A stretch of 64,000 nt of DNA from Candidatus Omnitrophota bacterium (GCA_043808175.1 JAZDFE010000007.1:16099-80098), one strand, 5' to 3'; shown: positions 40,724 to 54,176, counted from the first letter of the stretch. Notes: generated from the letters alone by a model not told the origin. Program-made: numbers and translations.

Positions 40724-41515
40724 ATGAAAAAATCCGCGTTCTTTCTTCTAGCGCTGGTCTTTCTTATTCCGATGAGTTCTGCCCAAGAGACGGAAAAGAT
40801 CTTCTCCTACTCCGAAAAATCCGCTACGAAGATCTTTCTGGGAGAGAAAATAAAATTCGAAATCAATTATCTCGGGATCATCGTGGGGGAAGCGGAGTCT
40901 GAGGTCAAAGGAATCGTTAAAGTGAATGGTCGCGACGCCTATCACATAGAGATCAACATTCGCTCGCGAGCGGTGATCGATTGGATCTACAAGGTTCGGG
41001 ACACACATCATACCTATATCGACGCCGAGCATTTTTACTCCCTCCGATATAAAAAGAAGATCAAGGAGGGCCGCTACTGGACGGACGAGTCAATGGAATA
41101 CGACCAGGACGAACACATCGGCCGCTTTCATTCCCGCAAGGACAACAGCCGAAAAGAGATGTTCATCCCCAAACACGTTCAGGATCAGATCTCCTGTTGC
41201 TACTGGCTCCGGCTCCAGGATCTTAAACCCGGTTCCAAGACCCTGATCCCGGTGAATGCGGACGAGAAGAACTGGGATCTTGAAGTCATTACGCATGGCG
41301 TCAAGGAAATGAAGATTGACCCTGTAGGCGTTTTTCAGGCGGTTGAGATCGAGCCGATCATTTTGTTCGAAGGTTTTTTTGTCCGGCGCGGAAAAGTCCG
41401 TGGCTGGATGAGCATGGACGAGCGTCGCATCCCGCTTGTGATGAAGGTCAAGGTTCCCGTTCTCGGCGAAGTCGTCGCCACGCTCGCCGGCTACGAACCC
41501 GGCGTCAGTTCCTAG
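40724..41515 (+). CDS. DUF3108-like exported protein
   Basis: Signal peptide; GEKIKF.I.YLGI.VG.A, IYKVRD, W.S.DERRIP. Confidence 0.75.
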   Translation: MKKSAFFLLALVFLIPMSSAQETEKIFSYSEKSATKIFLGEKIKFEINYLGIIVGEAESEVKGIVKVNGRDAYHIEINIRSRAVIDWIYKVRDTHHTYIDAEHFYSLRYKKKIKEGRYWTDESMEYDQDEHIGRFHSRKDNSRKEMFIPKHVQDQISCCYWLRLQDLKPGSKTLIPVNADEKNWDLEVITHGVKEMKIDPVGVFQAVEIEPIILFEGFFVRRGKVRGWMSMDERRIPLVMKVKVPVLGEVVATLAGYEPGVSS

Positions 41516-41665
41516 CCGGACTCCGTTGCTTGCAAGGTTCTCCCCCCGTAAATTAACCCGTTCTTTCTTGTGTCTCACGTGATAAAATCCAACTCGCTTT
41601 AAACACAAGTATGAATCCCAAGGGAGATCGCAAGGCGTCATCGCTTGCGAAAAGGGGCTGGATCC

Positions 41666-43180
41666 ATGAAGAAGACCGGTTTTGATAACGAAAAATATCT
41701 AAAAGAACAGTCCGAAGCCATTCTCAAACGGGTCAAGAAATACAGCAACAAACTTTATATCGAGTTTGGCGGAAAATTGCTTTTTGATCATCATGCCGCG
41801 CGGGTCCTGCCCGGGTACGATCCGAACGTCAAGATGAGGCTTCTTCAAAAGCTTAAGGACAAGATCGATATCATCCTTTGCATTCACGCCGGGGATATCG
41901 AACGGCGGAAATTGCGGGCGGATTTTGGCATCACCTATGATGCCGATGCCTTTAAAATGATCGATGATCTGAAGACCTGGGGGCTTGCGATCACGGCGGT
42001 GGTAATCACGCGGTTCAATGAGCAGCCGGCCGCCACGATCTTCAAAAATAAGCTGGAAAGGCGCGGTATTCGCGTCTATACGCACCGGTTCACCAAAGGA
42101 TATCCCACGGACGTGGAGATGATCGTCAGCCCTGCGGGTTATGGGGCGAACGAATACATTGAGACCAAAAATCCGATCGCGATCGTAACCGGGCCGGGGC
42201 CCGGAAGCGGAAAACTTGCGACCTGTCTTTCCCAGCTTTACCACGATCACACACGGGGCCTCGAAAGCGGCTACTCGAAGTTCGAGACTTTTCCAATCTG
42301 GAATCTGCCGCTCAAGCATCCCGTGAACGTGGCGTATGAAGCTGCGACTGCGGACCTGGGCGATATCAACATGATCGATTCGTTCCATCTGGAGGCCCAC
42401 AAAAAGACCACGGTCAATTACAACCGTGATCTCGAGATATTCCCGGTGCTTCAACGCATCCTGAAAAAGATCATGGGGAAACGCTCGATCTACAAGTCGC
42501 CCACGGATATGGGAGTCAACTGCGCCGGTTTCGGGATCGTGGATGATGAAGTGGTCCGGAAGGCCGCTGTTCAGGAAGTCATCTCGCGGTATTTCCGCTA
42601 TTCTTGCGAATACGTCATGGGGTTTGTAGAAAAAGAAGCGGCGCAGAGGACGGAACTTTTGATGAAGGAGCTGGATGCGAAGATCGAGGACCGGCGCGTG
42701 GTACTCCCCGCGCGGGAAATGGCCCAGGAATCGCAACGTCTCGGAGAGGGCAATAAAGGGATTTATTGTGGAGCAGCGATCGAGCTTCACGATGGGTCCA
42801 TTGTGACCGGGAAGAATACGCCGCTTATGCACGCAGCCTCGAGTCTCGTGTTGAATGCCGTCAAGAAGCTCGCCGGTATCCCCGACAGCATTCATCTCCT
42901 ATCACTGGGCGTGATCGAATCCATCGGACGTCTCAAACAGGATATTATGGGGTCTCACGCGGTGAGCCTGAACCTGGATGAGATCTTAGTGGCCTTGAGT
43001 ATCAGCGCCGCAACAAATCCCTCGGCCGAGGCCGCCATGGCGAAACTGAAAGAATTAAGCGGGTGCGAAGCCCATATGACCCATATTCCGACCTCCGGGG
43101 ATGATAAAGGGCTTAAACGTCTTGGGATCAATGTCACTAGCGATACGGATTTTTCTACCGTGAGTCTTTTCGACGCGTAA
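41666..43180 (+). CDS. DUF1846 (UPF0371) P-loop protein
   Basis: GFDNEKYL.EQS, LYIEFGGKL.FD.HA.RVLPG, GPGSGKLATCLSQLYH, KFETFPIWNLPL.HPVN.AYEAAT. Confidence 0.88.
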   Translation: MKKTGFDNEKYLKEQSEAILKRVKKYSNKLYIEFGGKLLFDHHAARVLPGYDPNVKMRLLQKLKDKIDIILCIHAGDIERRKLRADFGITYDADAFKMIDDLKTWGLAITAVVITRFNEQPAATIFKNKLERRGIRVYTHRFTKGYPTDVEMIVSPAGYGANEYIETKNPIAIVTGPGPGSGKLATCLSQLYHDHTRGLESGYSKFETFPIWNLPLKHPVNVAYEAATADLGDINMIDSFHLEAHKKTTVNYNRDLEIFPVLQRILKKIMGKRSIYKSPTDMGVNCAGFGIVDDEVVRKAAVQEVISRYFRYSCEYVMGFVEKEAAQRTELLMKELDAKIEDRRVVLPAREMAQESQRLGEGNKGIYCGAAIELHDGSIVTGKNTPLMHAASSLVLNAVKKLAGIPDSIHLLSLGVIESIGRLKQDIMGSHAVSLNLDEILVALSISAATNPSAEAAMAKLKELSGCEAHMTHIPTSGDDKGLKRLGINVTSDTDFSTVSLFDA

Positions 43181-43228
43181 GACTTTTTAAGGAAAAAGTC
43201 ATTCTTGAAAACCAGGGTCCGCGCAGGA

Positions 43229-43259
43229 CACGGAAGCCGCGGAGGCTTTCCGTTTTTTT
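43229..43259 (+). terminator. Intrinsic terminator
   Basis: acggaagcc/ggctttccgt followed by T-run. Confidence 0.6.
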
Positions 43260-43313
43260 AGTAATGATAGGGCTTATTCTATGGAACCGTTCCAAGCAAA
43301 GGAGAAATAATGT

Positions 43314-43601
43314 ATGCCGACTTATGAGTATGAATGCGGGGCGTGCGAGCACCGGTTCGAGAAATACCAGTCCATGAGCGACAAGCCCATCAAGAAATGT
43401 CCGAAATGCGGAAAAGCCAAGGTCCGGCGCGTGATCTCTGGAGGGGCGGGGGTGCTTTTCAAAGGAAGCGGCTTTTATCAGACCGATTACTGCTCCAAGG
43501 GTTACAAGGAGTCAGCCAAGAAGGATGTTCCCAAAAAAGATGCTCCCCCGGCCCCAGCCTGTCCCAGCGATTGCTCGTCCTGCGATGTAAAGAAGAAATA
43601 A
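43314..43601 (+). CDS. FmdB-family zinc ribbon protein
   Basis: MPTYEYEC..C, CPKC, FKGSGFYQTDY. Confidence 0.9.
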   Translation: MPTYEYECGACEHRFEKYQSMSDKPIKKCPKCGKAKVRRVISGGAGVLFKGSGFYQTDYCSKGYKESAKKDVPKKDAPPAPACPSDCSSCDVKKK

Positions 43602-43665
43602 GATTTTTCGCCACGAATCATTTCTAACCCACCATATTTAAAAGACTTATAGAGATTTCCTTTCA

Positions 43666-43694
43666 TTGACACGGCCTCTCTCTGATGTTAGAAT
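43666..43694 (+). promoter_or_regulatory. Sigma70 promoter TTGACA-N17-TAGAAT (extended -10) for the heptose kinase-kds operon
   Basis: Consensus -35; TG-n-TAGAAT. Confidence 0.75.
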
Positions 43695-43780
43695 GCGCCC
43701 CTATAATTCTGAATTATTAAAGGACAGGCGGGTTGCAGAGAAGGACAAGCCTGTCCTCTTTTTTGGTATGAGAGGAATCT

Positions 43781-44796
43781 ATGAAGACCACATCCTTGCC
43801 GCTGAGTAATTTGGAAAAAAGACGTTTTCTCGAAATCCTTGAAAGATTCCAGGAGGTCCGCATCCTCGTGATCGGGGATTTCATTCTGGATCAATTTGTC
43901 TGGGGGAGCGTGAAACGTATTTCCCCCGAGGCGCCGGTTCCGGTAGTCAAGGTCGAGAGGGAATCTTTTATGCCCGGGGGATCGCTTAACGTGGCTAATA
44001 ATATCCGGTCTCTTCGAGGTCAGGTTTGTCCTTGCGGAGTGGTAGGCCGCGATTTTTATGGGCGTATGTTGCTTAGAGCAATGCGCAAACAGGGGATCGA
44101 GACAGGCGGGATCGTTTATGATCCGGCGCGTCCGACGTCCCTTAAAACCCGCGTGATTGCACATTCCCAGCAGGTGGTCCGTTTTGACCGTGAAAAAACA
44201 GATGACGTCGCCAAGGCATATCTTTTAAAGATCCTGAAATTTGTCCGCGAGAACATCAGCCGAATGGATGTGGTGGTTCTTGAAGATTACGGGAAAGGTG
44301 TGATGCAACCCTTTCTTTTAAAAGAGATTGTCCGCCTTGCCAAGAAGTTCAAAAAACCCGTGCTTGTAGATCCAAAGGAAAAACATTTCGTCTATTACCA
44401 GGGCGTGACCTGCATCACCCCGAACCGTAGTGAAGCCTACACAGGCTATGAACGCACGCATGGTTCCTGTTACAAAACGCCGGGGCTCGAAGAGGTGGGG
44501 TGGGGCCTGATGAAAAAATTGAAACTTGATTCCGTGCTGATCACGCTCGGCGAGGATGGCATGGCGCTTTTTGAAAAAAATAAAAAACTAACCCTAGTCC
44601 CGACCGCTGCGCGCGAAGTCTATGATGTCTCCGGCGCCGGGGATACGGTGATTGCGACACTTGCGGTTGCATTGGCGGCGGGCGCGAAAATGCAAGAAGC
44701 CGCGAAGATTTCGAACCTTGCCGCTGGTATTGTGGTCGGAAAACTTGGCACTGCAACGGTCGCTCCCGACGAACTTGAAGAAGCGATCCGGAAGGC

Positions 44797-44800
<4 letters not shown>
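43781..44800 (+). CDS. rfaE1: Heptose-7-phosphate kinase (RfaE domain I / HldA)
   Basis: GD..LD..VWG...RISPEAPVPVV, KTRV, DYGKG, TPN, DVSGAGDTV. Confidence 0.92.
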
Positions 44801-48066
<3,266 letters not shown>

Positions 48067-48070
48067 GACT

Positions 48071-49042
48071 ATGAAAACGTCGAATGTGATACGAATTGCC
48101 AAAGAGGTTCTCAGGATGGAAGCCCGAGCTATCTCGCGGCTTCGCTCCGGGATCGGCAAGAATTTTGAGACGGTGGTTCAATGGATGGCGAATTGCAAAG
48201 GACGCGTGATACTTACCGGGATAGGAAAACCCGGTTTTATTGCCCGCAAGATCGCCGCGACCATGGCCTCAACGGGGACACCCGCTTTTTTTCTTCATCC
48301 TGCCGAAGCGGTGCACGGTGATTTTGGGATGGTGACTTCCAAGGACCTTGTGATTGCGATCTCGCAAAGCGGGGAAAGCGAAGAGATCGTGAGGCTTCTC
48401 CCTCTAATGAAGAAAAAAGGCGTGAAACTTGTCGCGCTGACGAGTGTCCCGGGATCCGCTCTTGGGAAAAATGCGGACATGGTGCTTGATCTCGGCGTGC
48501 GGCGCGAAGCGTGCCCTTTGAATTTGGCGCCTTCCGCTTCGACGACCGCTTCGCTTGCGATGGGGGACGCGCTCGCGCTTTCACTTCTTAAGAAAAAAGA
48601 TTTTTGCTCCGAAGATTTCGCAGCGCTGCATCCGGCGGGAAGTCTCGGAAGACGGTTGCTGAAGGTCGGGGAGATCATGCGCACCGGGAAGGCCAATCCG
48701 CTCGTAGGGGTGAAGACCACGGTGCGTCACGCGCTTCTTAAGATCACGGCCTCAAGGGCCGGCAGTTGTACGATCGTCGACGGGCAGGGAAAATTGATGG
48801 GCGTCTTTACAGACGGAGATCTCCGGCGTCACCTGAGATCCCAGGGCGAAAAGATCCTGAACCGGCCTGTGGTCCAATTAGCCACCCTCAAACCCCGCTA
48901 TATTCGGAAGGAAAAACTCGCGGAAGAAGCGTTCCATATCATGGAGTCTCTCCGCATCGATGAATTGCCGGTGGTGGACAAAGCCCGGCGCGTCGTAGGT
49001 CTCCTGGACGTTCAGGACCTCATGAGGGCGGGACGGGTTTGA
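48071..49042 (+). CDS. kdsD: Arabinose-5-phosphate isomerase (SIS + CBS)
   Basis: TGIGK.G, HPAEA.HGD, S.SGES, LAP.AST, HPAGSLG, FTDGDLRR. Confidence 0.95.
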   Translation: MKTSNVIRIAKEVLRMEARAISRLRSGIGKNFETVVQWMANCKGRVILTGIGKPGFIARKIAATMASTGTPAFFLHPAEAVHGDFGMVTSKDLVIAISQSGESEEIVRLLPLMKKKGVKLVALTSVPGSALGKNADMVLDLGVRREACPLNLAPSASTTASLAMGDALALSLLKKKDFCSEDFAALHPAGSLGRRLLKVGEIMRTGKANPLVGVKTTVRHALLKITASRAGSCTIVDGQGKLMGVFTDGDLRRHLRSQGEKILNRPVVQLATLKPRYIRKEKLAEEAFHIMESLRIDELPVVDKARRVVGLLDVQDLMRAGRV

Positions 49043-49049
49043 TCCGCCT

Positions 49050-49994
49050 ATGGCCAAGCGCAAATTCTATCGCTATCCGCTTTATCTTTTAACAAGGCTC
49101 GGAGCGGAGCTTCTGCTGGTTCTGCCTCGAAGTTGGGCATTGGCGCTCGCGAAGGGGGTCGGGTATTTAGGATACCGGGTCGTTTCGCGCCAAAGAACAA
49201 AGATCCTTGAAAATCTGAAGTTTGCGTACGGCAACACGGAAAGTCCTGCGGCATTGGAAACGACTGGCCGTCGGGTGATGGGACATATGCTCCAGACGGC
49301 TGTGGATTTCCTGCGTTTTGCCACGCTTTCACGTGACCTGGCGGCCTTGTTTGTGGAGGCGGGTGATGCCTATTCTTTTTGCAAAGATATTTTGCAAGAA
49401 GGGAGAGGGCTCATTATAATGACGGCGCACATGGGCAACTGGGAACTTTTAGCCGGGATTTTTGGCCTGCAGGGTTTCCGGGGCGCCGTCGTCGGTCGAC
49501 GCATCTATTATGAGCCGTACAATCGGTGGATCGTAGGTTTGCGGAGCGCCGTAGGGGTCCGGACCATCTATCAAGATGAGGCGGTCAGGCAAGTTCATGC
49601 TTGTTTGAAGGCGGGCGAGATCGTCGGGCTTTTGCCGGATCAGGATCGAGATAATGTCCGTGGTATTTTCGTGGATTTTTTTGGAAAGCCGGCTTATACG
49701 TCCGTGGCGCCAGTGAAATTTGCCATGGCTTCAAAAACGCCGATCCTTCCGGCTTTTATGATCCGGATGCCCGGGAATCGCTACAAGCTCTTTTTAGGTA
49801 ACCTGATACGGCCGAAGATCGAAGGCAATGACCGGACGGCCTCGATCCGAAAATACACAGAAGCCTGGATGAAAGATTTTGAAGAAGTGATCCGCCATTA
49901 CCCGGAGCAATGGGGATGGATGCATGACCGCTGGAAAACGAAGCCTGACGAGGTTGCCGCGGCGGAACTTAAGGAGACAGTGAAACACTCATGA
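49050..49994 (+). CDS. LpxL/HtrB-family lipid A acyltransferase
   Basis: AHMGNWE, LPDQD, FFG, YPEQW.W.HDRWK. Confidence 0.9.
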   Translation: MAKRKFYRYPLYLLTRLGAELLLVLPRSWALALAKGVGYLGYRVVSRQRTKILENLKFAYGNTESPAALETTGRRVMGHMLQTAVDFLRFATLSRDLAALFVEAGDAYSFCKDILQEGRGLIIMTAHMGNWELLAGIFGLQGFRGAVVGRRIYYEPYNRWIVGLRSAVGVRTIYQDEAVRQVHACLKAGEIVGLLPDQDRDNVRGIFVDFFGKPAYTSVAPVKFAMASKTPILPAFMIRMPGNRYKLFLGNLIRPKIEGNDRTASIRKYTEAWMKDFEEVIRHYPEQWGWMHDRWKTKPDEVAAAELKETVKHS

Positions 49995-50875
49995 TCAAGC
50001 GTCTTGTTTTTATCTTTGTCGTGCTTGTGGTGTTCTATGTGTTTTTCGTGCAGATGCAGGTGGTGATCGCCCGCAAGCAAAGGGCCGAACAAGGGGCCGT
50101 GCAACCCTCCGAACAGAAACCGCAGAAAGTCCTCTCTTTTTCATTCACCAAGTACACGACCGAAGGGCAACGCGAAATCGAGATCGAAGGCGATTCCGCA
50201 AATATTCTCTCTAATACGGTGCAGCTGATGAATGTGATGGCCAAGGCGTATGCCGAAGAAGTCCCCGTGACCGTCACGGCAGATCGCGGCAATTACGACA
50301 AGAAAAAGAACAAGATCCATCTTGAAAAAAATGTTGTGGCTACGACCGATGACGGGACGCGCCTCATGACCGAGGCTCTGGACATGAGTCCTTCGGAGCA
50401 CATTGTGGAAACCGATCTACCGACACAGGTCAAGAAGGACAATATTAATGTGGAGGGCACCGGCGCTCGGGCAGAGACGAACCTGAAAAAAGTGAAATTT
50501 CAAAAAAATGTGACGGTAGTAGTACAGAATAACGAGGATAAAGAAACCGGGCCGACGACCATCACTTGCGACGGGCCCCTTGTGGTCGACTACGAAAAGA
50601 ATATCGCGCATTTCAGAGACAACGTCGTGGCGCAGGATTCCCGCGGGAAGCTTACGGCCGATACGATGGATGTTTATTACAACCGCGTGAGCCGTCGCGT
50701 TTCAAAGATCGTGTCCGCGGGCGACGTGGTGATCGAGAACCCCGACGGGAATAAGACCTACTCGGATAGCGTGATCTATCTGGCGGACGAAGGGCGGATC
50801 ATTTTGGGCGGGGACACGGAAGCCCTTTATTTTGGCGGGGATGCTCCCAACGGTCTTGGAAAGGGAGTGGTCTGA
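49991..50875 (+). CDS. lptC: LptC-like protein with added LptA/OstA-like jellyroll
   Basis: N-terminal TM; two beta-jellyroll-like segments; directly upstream of lptB. Confidence 0.7.
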   Translation: MIKRLVFIFVVLVVFYVFFVQMQVVIARKQRAEQGAVQPSEQKPQKVLSFSFTKYTTEGQREIEIEGDSANILSNTVQLMNVMAKAYAEEVPVTVTADRGNYDKKKNKIHLEKNVVATTDDGTRLMTEALDMSPSEHIVETDLPTQVKKDNINVEGTGARAETNLKKVKFQKNVTVVVQNNEDKETGPTTITCDGPLVVDYEKNIAHFRDNVVAQDSRGKLTADTMDVYYNRVSRRVSKIVSAGDVVIENPDGNKTYSDSVIYLADEGRIILGGDTEALYFGGDAPNGLGKGVV

Positions 50876-50877
50876 TC

Positions 50878-51603
50878 GTGAATTTACTTGAGACGAAACA
50901 GCTGACGAAAAGTTACAAAGGTCGCACGGTCGTAAACAATGTGAATATCCAGATCTCACGTGGCGAGATCGTGGGACTTTTGGGTCCCAACGGCGCCGGA
51001 AAGACCACGTCATTCTACATGGTGGTCGGGGTCATCCGTCCGGAATCCGGACAAATCTTTTTCCAGGGCGAGGAGATCACGAACCTTCCGATGTTTGAGC
51101 GGTCGCGGCTCGGAATCGGTTATCTTTCCCAGGAGCCTTCGATTTTTCGCAAATTGACCGTGGAAGAAAATATCATGGCCATCCTGGAGACTTTAGAGAT
51201 CCCTCAGGAGGAACGCGACCGTCGCCTCAAACGGCTCTTAAACGATCTCGATATCGCCTATCTTGCGAAGAACAAAGCCTACACGCTTTCCGGAGGCGAA
51301 CGTCGACGACTTGAGATCACGCGCGCGCTCGTGACAAATCCGTCTCTTATTCTTTTGGATGAACCTTTTAGCGGTGTGGATCCCATTGCGGTTTTTGAGG
51401 TGCAGAAGATCCTCCAACGGCTCAAGGCTCAGGGTCTTAGCATTTTGTTGACGGATCACAGCGTTCGCGAAACGCTTTCCATTACCGACCGTTCTTATCT
51501 TCTTTTCGAGGGCAAAATCGAGGTTTCCGGAACCTCGGAGTTTCTTGCCTCCGATTCCAAAGCTAGAGAGATCTATCTTGGGGAGAGGTTCACCTTAGCT
51601 TGA
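50878..51603 (+). CDS. lptB: LPS export ABC ATPase
   Basis: GPNGAGKTT.FYM, YLSQEPSIFRKL, LSGGERRR.EI, DEPFSGVDP, TDH. Confidence 0.97.
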   Translation: MNLLETKQLTKSYKGRTVVNNVNIQISRGEIVGLLGPNGAGKTTSFYMVVGVIRPESGQIFFQGEEITNLPMFERSRLGIGYLSQEPSIFRKLTVEENIMAILETLEIPQEERDRRLKRLLNDLDIAYLAKNKAYTLSGGERRRLEITRALVTNPSLILLDEPFSGVDPIAVFEVQKILQRLKAQGLSILLTDHSVRETLSITDRSYLLFEGKIEVSGTSEFLASDSKAREIYLGERFTLA

Positions 51604-51652
51604 TCCGGCATCCGCGTTTTACATCCATTCACCCAAGACCCTCAAGGAGGAA

Positions 51653-52210
51653 ATGACAGTGGATATTCGTTTTTCGGGGCAGAATCTTAAGATCACCGCG
51701 GGGATGAAGGAGCATTTGGAGGAAAGACTTCCCAAATTCGAAAAGTACGCTCCGCGAATCATAGAAGCCCATGTATTCCTTAAAAAAGAGAAATACGTCT
51801 TTAAGGCGGAGATCACGCTTGCGGCCAAGGACTTTCATGCTTTCGGGATGGGTGAAGCTAAAGATAATATCTTTGCGGCGATCGACGAGGCCTATGAGCG
51901 CGTTGTGAAACAGTTGAAAAAATTCCGCTCGAAATCAAAGGGGCATCATAAAAAAAATGCCAAAGCTTCAGCGAAGGTCGCCCGGGCGCTCGGAATGATC
52001 GAAACGGAAAGCATTTTGCCCGAAGATCATCCGAAGATCGTTCGTTCCTCAGTGTTTGCACTCAAGCCGATGTCTGCCGAAGAGGCCAGTCTTCAGCTTG
52101 AGATCTCTCCTGAGACCTTCCTTGTTTTTTTAAACCAAAATACCAACAGTGTGAATGTGATCCATAAGCGCAAGGACGGGAATCACGGGCTGATCGAGCC
52201 GGGATTCTAG
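51653..52210 (+). CDS. hpf: Long ribosome hibernation promoting factor
   Basis: HPF N-domain; C-terminal KPMS.EEA.LQL, FLVF.N, V..KR.DG..GLIEP. Confidence 0.92.
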   Translation: MTVDIRFSGQNLKITAGMKEHLEERLPKFEKYAPRIIEAHVFLKKEKYVFKAEITLAAKDFHAFGMGEAKDNIFAAIDEAYERVVKQLKKFRSKSKGHHKKNAKASAKVARALGMIETESILPEDHPKIVRSSVFALKPMSAEEASLQLEISPETFLVFLNQNTNSVNVIHKRKDGNHGLIEPGF

Positions 52211-52375
52211 TCCCAATTTTTATCAATTGAAGCGAAGCGGTCCCAATCCCAATCAATCGAAGCGTAGCTGAGATTGGGGCCGTCTCGACTACCATAAATG
52301 AAAAGAAAATAAAAGTCGCGACGGAAATTGGGGCAATCCTGATTACCATTCATCAAAAAAAATGAAAGTCAGGAT
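52210..52375. mobile_element. Nested hairpin-module array (84-bp pair inside another module's loop)
   Basis: CGG repeated at 52238 and 52322; removing the 84 bp restores a 9/23/9 module. Confidence 0.8.
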
Positions 52376-52412
52376 AGTTCCACAACCTTTTTCAATCAGG
52401 AGGAATACATCC

Positions 52413-52877
52413 ATGAAGATTACCGATTTTCTCAACGTCAAAGGCATCAAGGTTGATCTGGAAGCGACCGACAAAGAAAGCATTCTCAAAGAAATGGTCG
52501 ATCTTCTGGCCGAGGTCAAGGACGTGGGGGATAAAAAAAATATCCTTCGTGCTCTGATTGAGCGCGAGAACCTGGGTTCTACGGGTATCGGGCAGGGGAT
52601 CGCGATCCCGCACGGAAAGACCGATAAGGTGGACGGACTCGTGGCTGTGCTCGGCGTAAGCCGCAAAGGAGTGAACTTTGAAGCATTGGACGGCGAACCC
52701 GTCTATATCCTGTTCCTTCTTGTCGCACCCAAGGACACCGCCGGACCGCATCTCAAAGCGTTGGCACAGATATCAAGACTTCTCCGGGACACTTATTTTT
52801 GCGAACTTATCAGAAAGTGTAAAACCCCAAAGGATATTTTCGACTTGATCGCAAAAGAAGAGAACCGCAAGGTCTGA
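52413..52877 (+). CDS. ptsN: PTS EIIA (Ntr/Fru type)
   Basis: ERE.LGSTGIG.GIAIPHG, F.ALDGEPV, HLK.LA.ISR. Confidence 0.9.
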   Translation: MKITDFLNVKGIKVDLEATDKESILKEMVDLLAEVKDVGDKKNILRALIERENLGSTGIGQGIAIPHGKTDKVDGLVAVLGVSRKGVNFEALDGEPVYILFLLVAPKDTAGPHLKALAQISRLLRDTYFCELIRKCKTPKDIFDLIAKEENRKV

Positions 52878-52904
52878 TCCGGACCGTCTTCGCGACAGCC
52901 TTCT

Positions 52905-54164
52905 ATGAAATTCTTTAAATGGCTTTATCCTGGCATCGGAATCAAGCGGTGGATCTTTCTCTGCGCGTTGGGGCTCGGATTTATCGTATTGGTGGCTCTT
53001 TTGACCGTGCAGACCATGGCCAAGACGAGTGTGTTATTGGCCTCGTTCGCAACGGCATTTTTGATTCTTGGGATCTTTCTTATCTATACCTCGATAAAAA
53101 ACATGGTCCGGATCTTCGTGCGCGCGCTGATGCCTTTGAACGGGAACGATTCGCTTGTGGATATTGTTTACCAGAAACGCCGGGTGGAGTCTCTGTTGCA
53201 TGGACCGCGCGTTGTGGCGATCGGAGGCGGGACCGGCTTGAGCACCATGCTTTCAGGTGTCAAGGCGTTTACGAGTAATATCACTGCGATCGTGACGGTG
53301 ACGGACACAGGTGGAAGTTCCGGCCGTTTGCGCGACGAAATGGACATGCTGCCACCGGGCGATATCCGTAACTGTCTGGTGGCGCTCGCCGATGCAGGGC
53401 CGCTCATTCGCGATCTATTTCAGTACCGTTTTGAACTCGGGGAAGGACTGAAGGGACACAGCTTTGGGAATCTTTTTATTACCGCGCTTTCGAAGGTGAC
53501 GGGAGACTTTGAAAAAGCGATCGCGGAATCCAGCAAGGTTCTGGCTATCCGAGGACGGGTGCTTCCGTCGACGCTTGAAAAAGTGACGCTTGTGGGCGAA
53601 TTCATGGACGGGACTTCGGTCGAAGGCGAGACGAACATTACGGATCTGAAAAGACCGCTTCGCAGCATCCGTCTCCGGCCGGACGATTGCAAGGCGTGTC
53701 AGGAAGCCCTGGACGCGATCGAGATCGCAGACCTTATTCTCATGGGCCCGGGAAGTCTTTACACCAGTATTTTGCCGAATCTTTTGATCAAGGATATTCG
53801 TGATGCCGTGCTTCGGTCCGATGCGTACAAGGTTTATATCATGAACGCGATGACGCAGCCTGGTGAGACTATGGGGATGAGCGCATGGGATCATTTGAAC
53901 GTAATTCTGGACCATACGGACCCAAGGATCGTGGATGCTTGTTTTGTGAATACGGCGATCATTCCGGCGGCGATGCTTCAACGTTATGCTAAACAAGGCG
54001 CGATGCCAGTGAAATTGGATGTCGAGAAGATCCGGGAAAAAGGCTACCAGATCATCCAAGGGGATGTGCTTCAGGAGGGCGAGCAGGTTCGCCATAATTC
54101 TGAGCTTTTGATGAAATTTATTTTGGAACATTACAGGGAATATGCCGAGCGAACGGAAGAATGA
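52905..54164 (+). CDS. yvcK: YvcK/GlmR (CofD-like) protein with N-terminal TM helices
   Basis: GGGTGLS, D.GGSSG.LR, PPGDIRNCL, GH.FGNL, GPGSLYTS. Confidence 0.9.
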   Translation: MKFFKWLYPGIGIKRWIFLCALGLGFIVLVALLTVQTMAKTSVLLASFATAFLILGIFLIYTSIKNMVRIFVRALMPLNGNDSLVDIVYQKRRVESLLHGPRVVAIGGGTGLSTMLSGVKAFTSNITAIVTVTDTGGSSGRLRDEMDMLPPGDIRNCLVALADAGPLIRDLFQYRFELGEGLKGHSFGNLFITALSKVTGDFEKAIAESSKVLAIRGRVLPSTLEKVTLVGEFMDGTSVEGETNITDLKRPLRSIRLRPDDCKACQEALDAIEIADLILMGPGSLYTSILPNLLIKDIRDAVLRSDAYKVYIMNAMTQPGETMGMSAWDHLNVILDHTDPRIVDACFVNTAIIPAAMLQRYAKQGAMPVKLDVEKIREKGYQIIQGDVLQEGEQVRHNSELLMKFILEHYREYAERTEE

Positions 54165-54176
54165 TGGGGCCATGAT

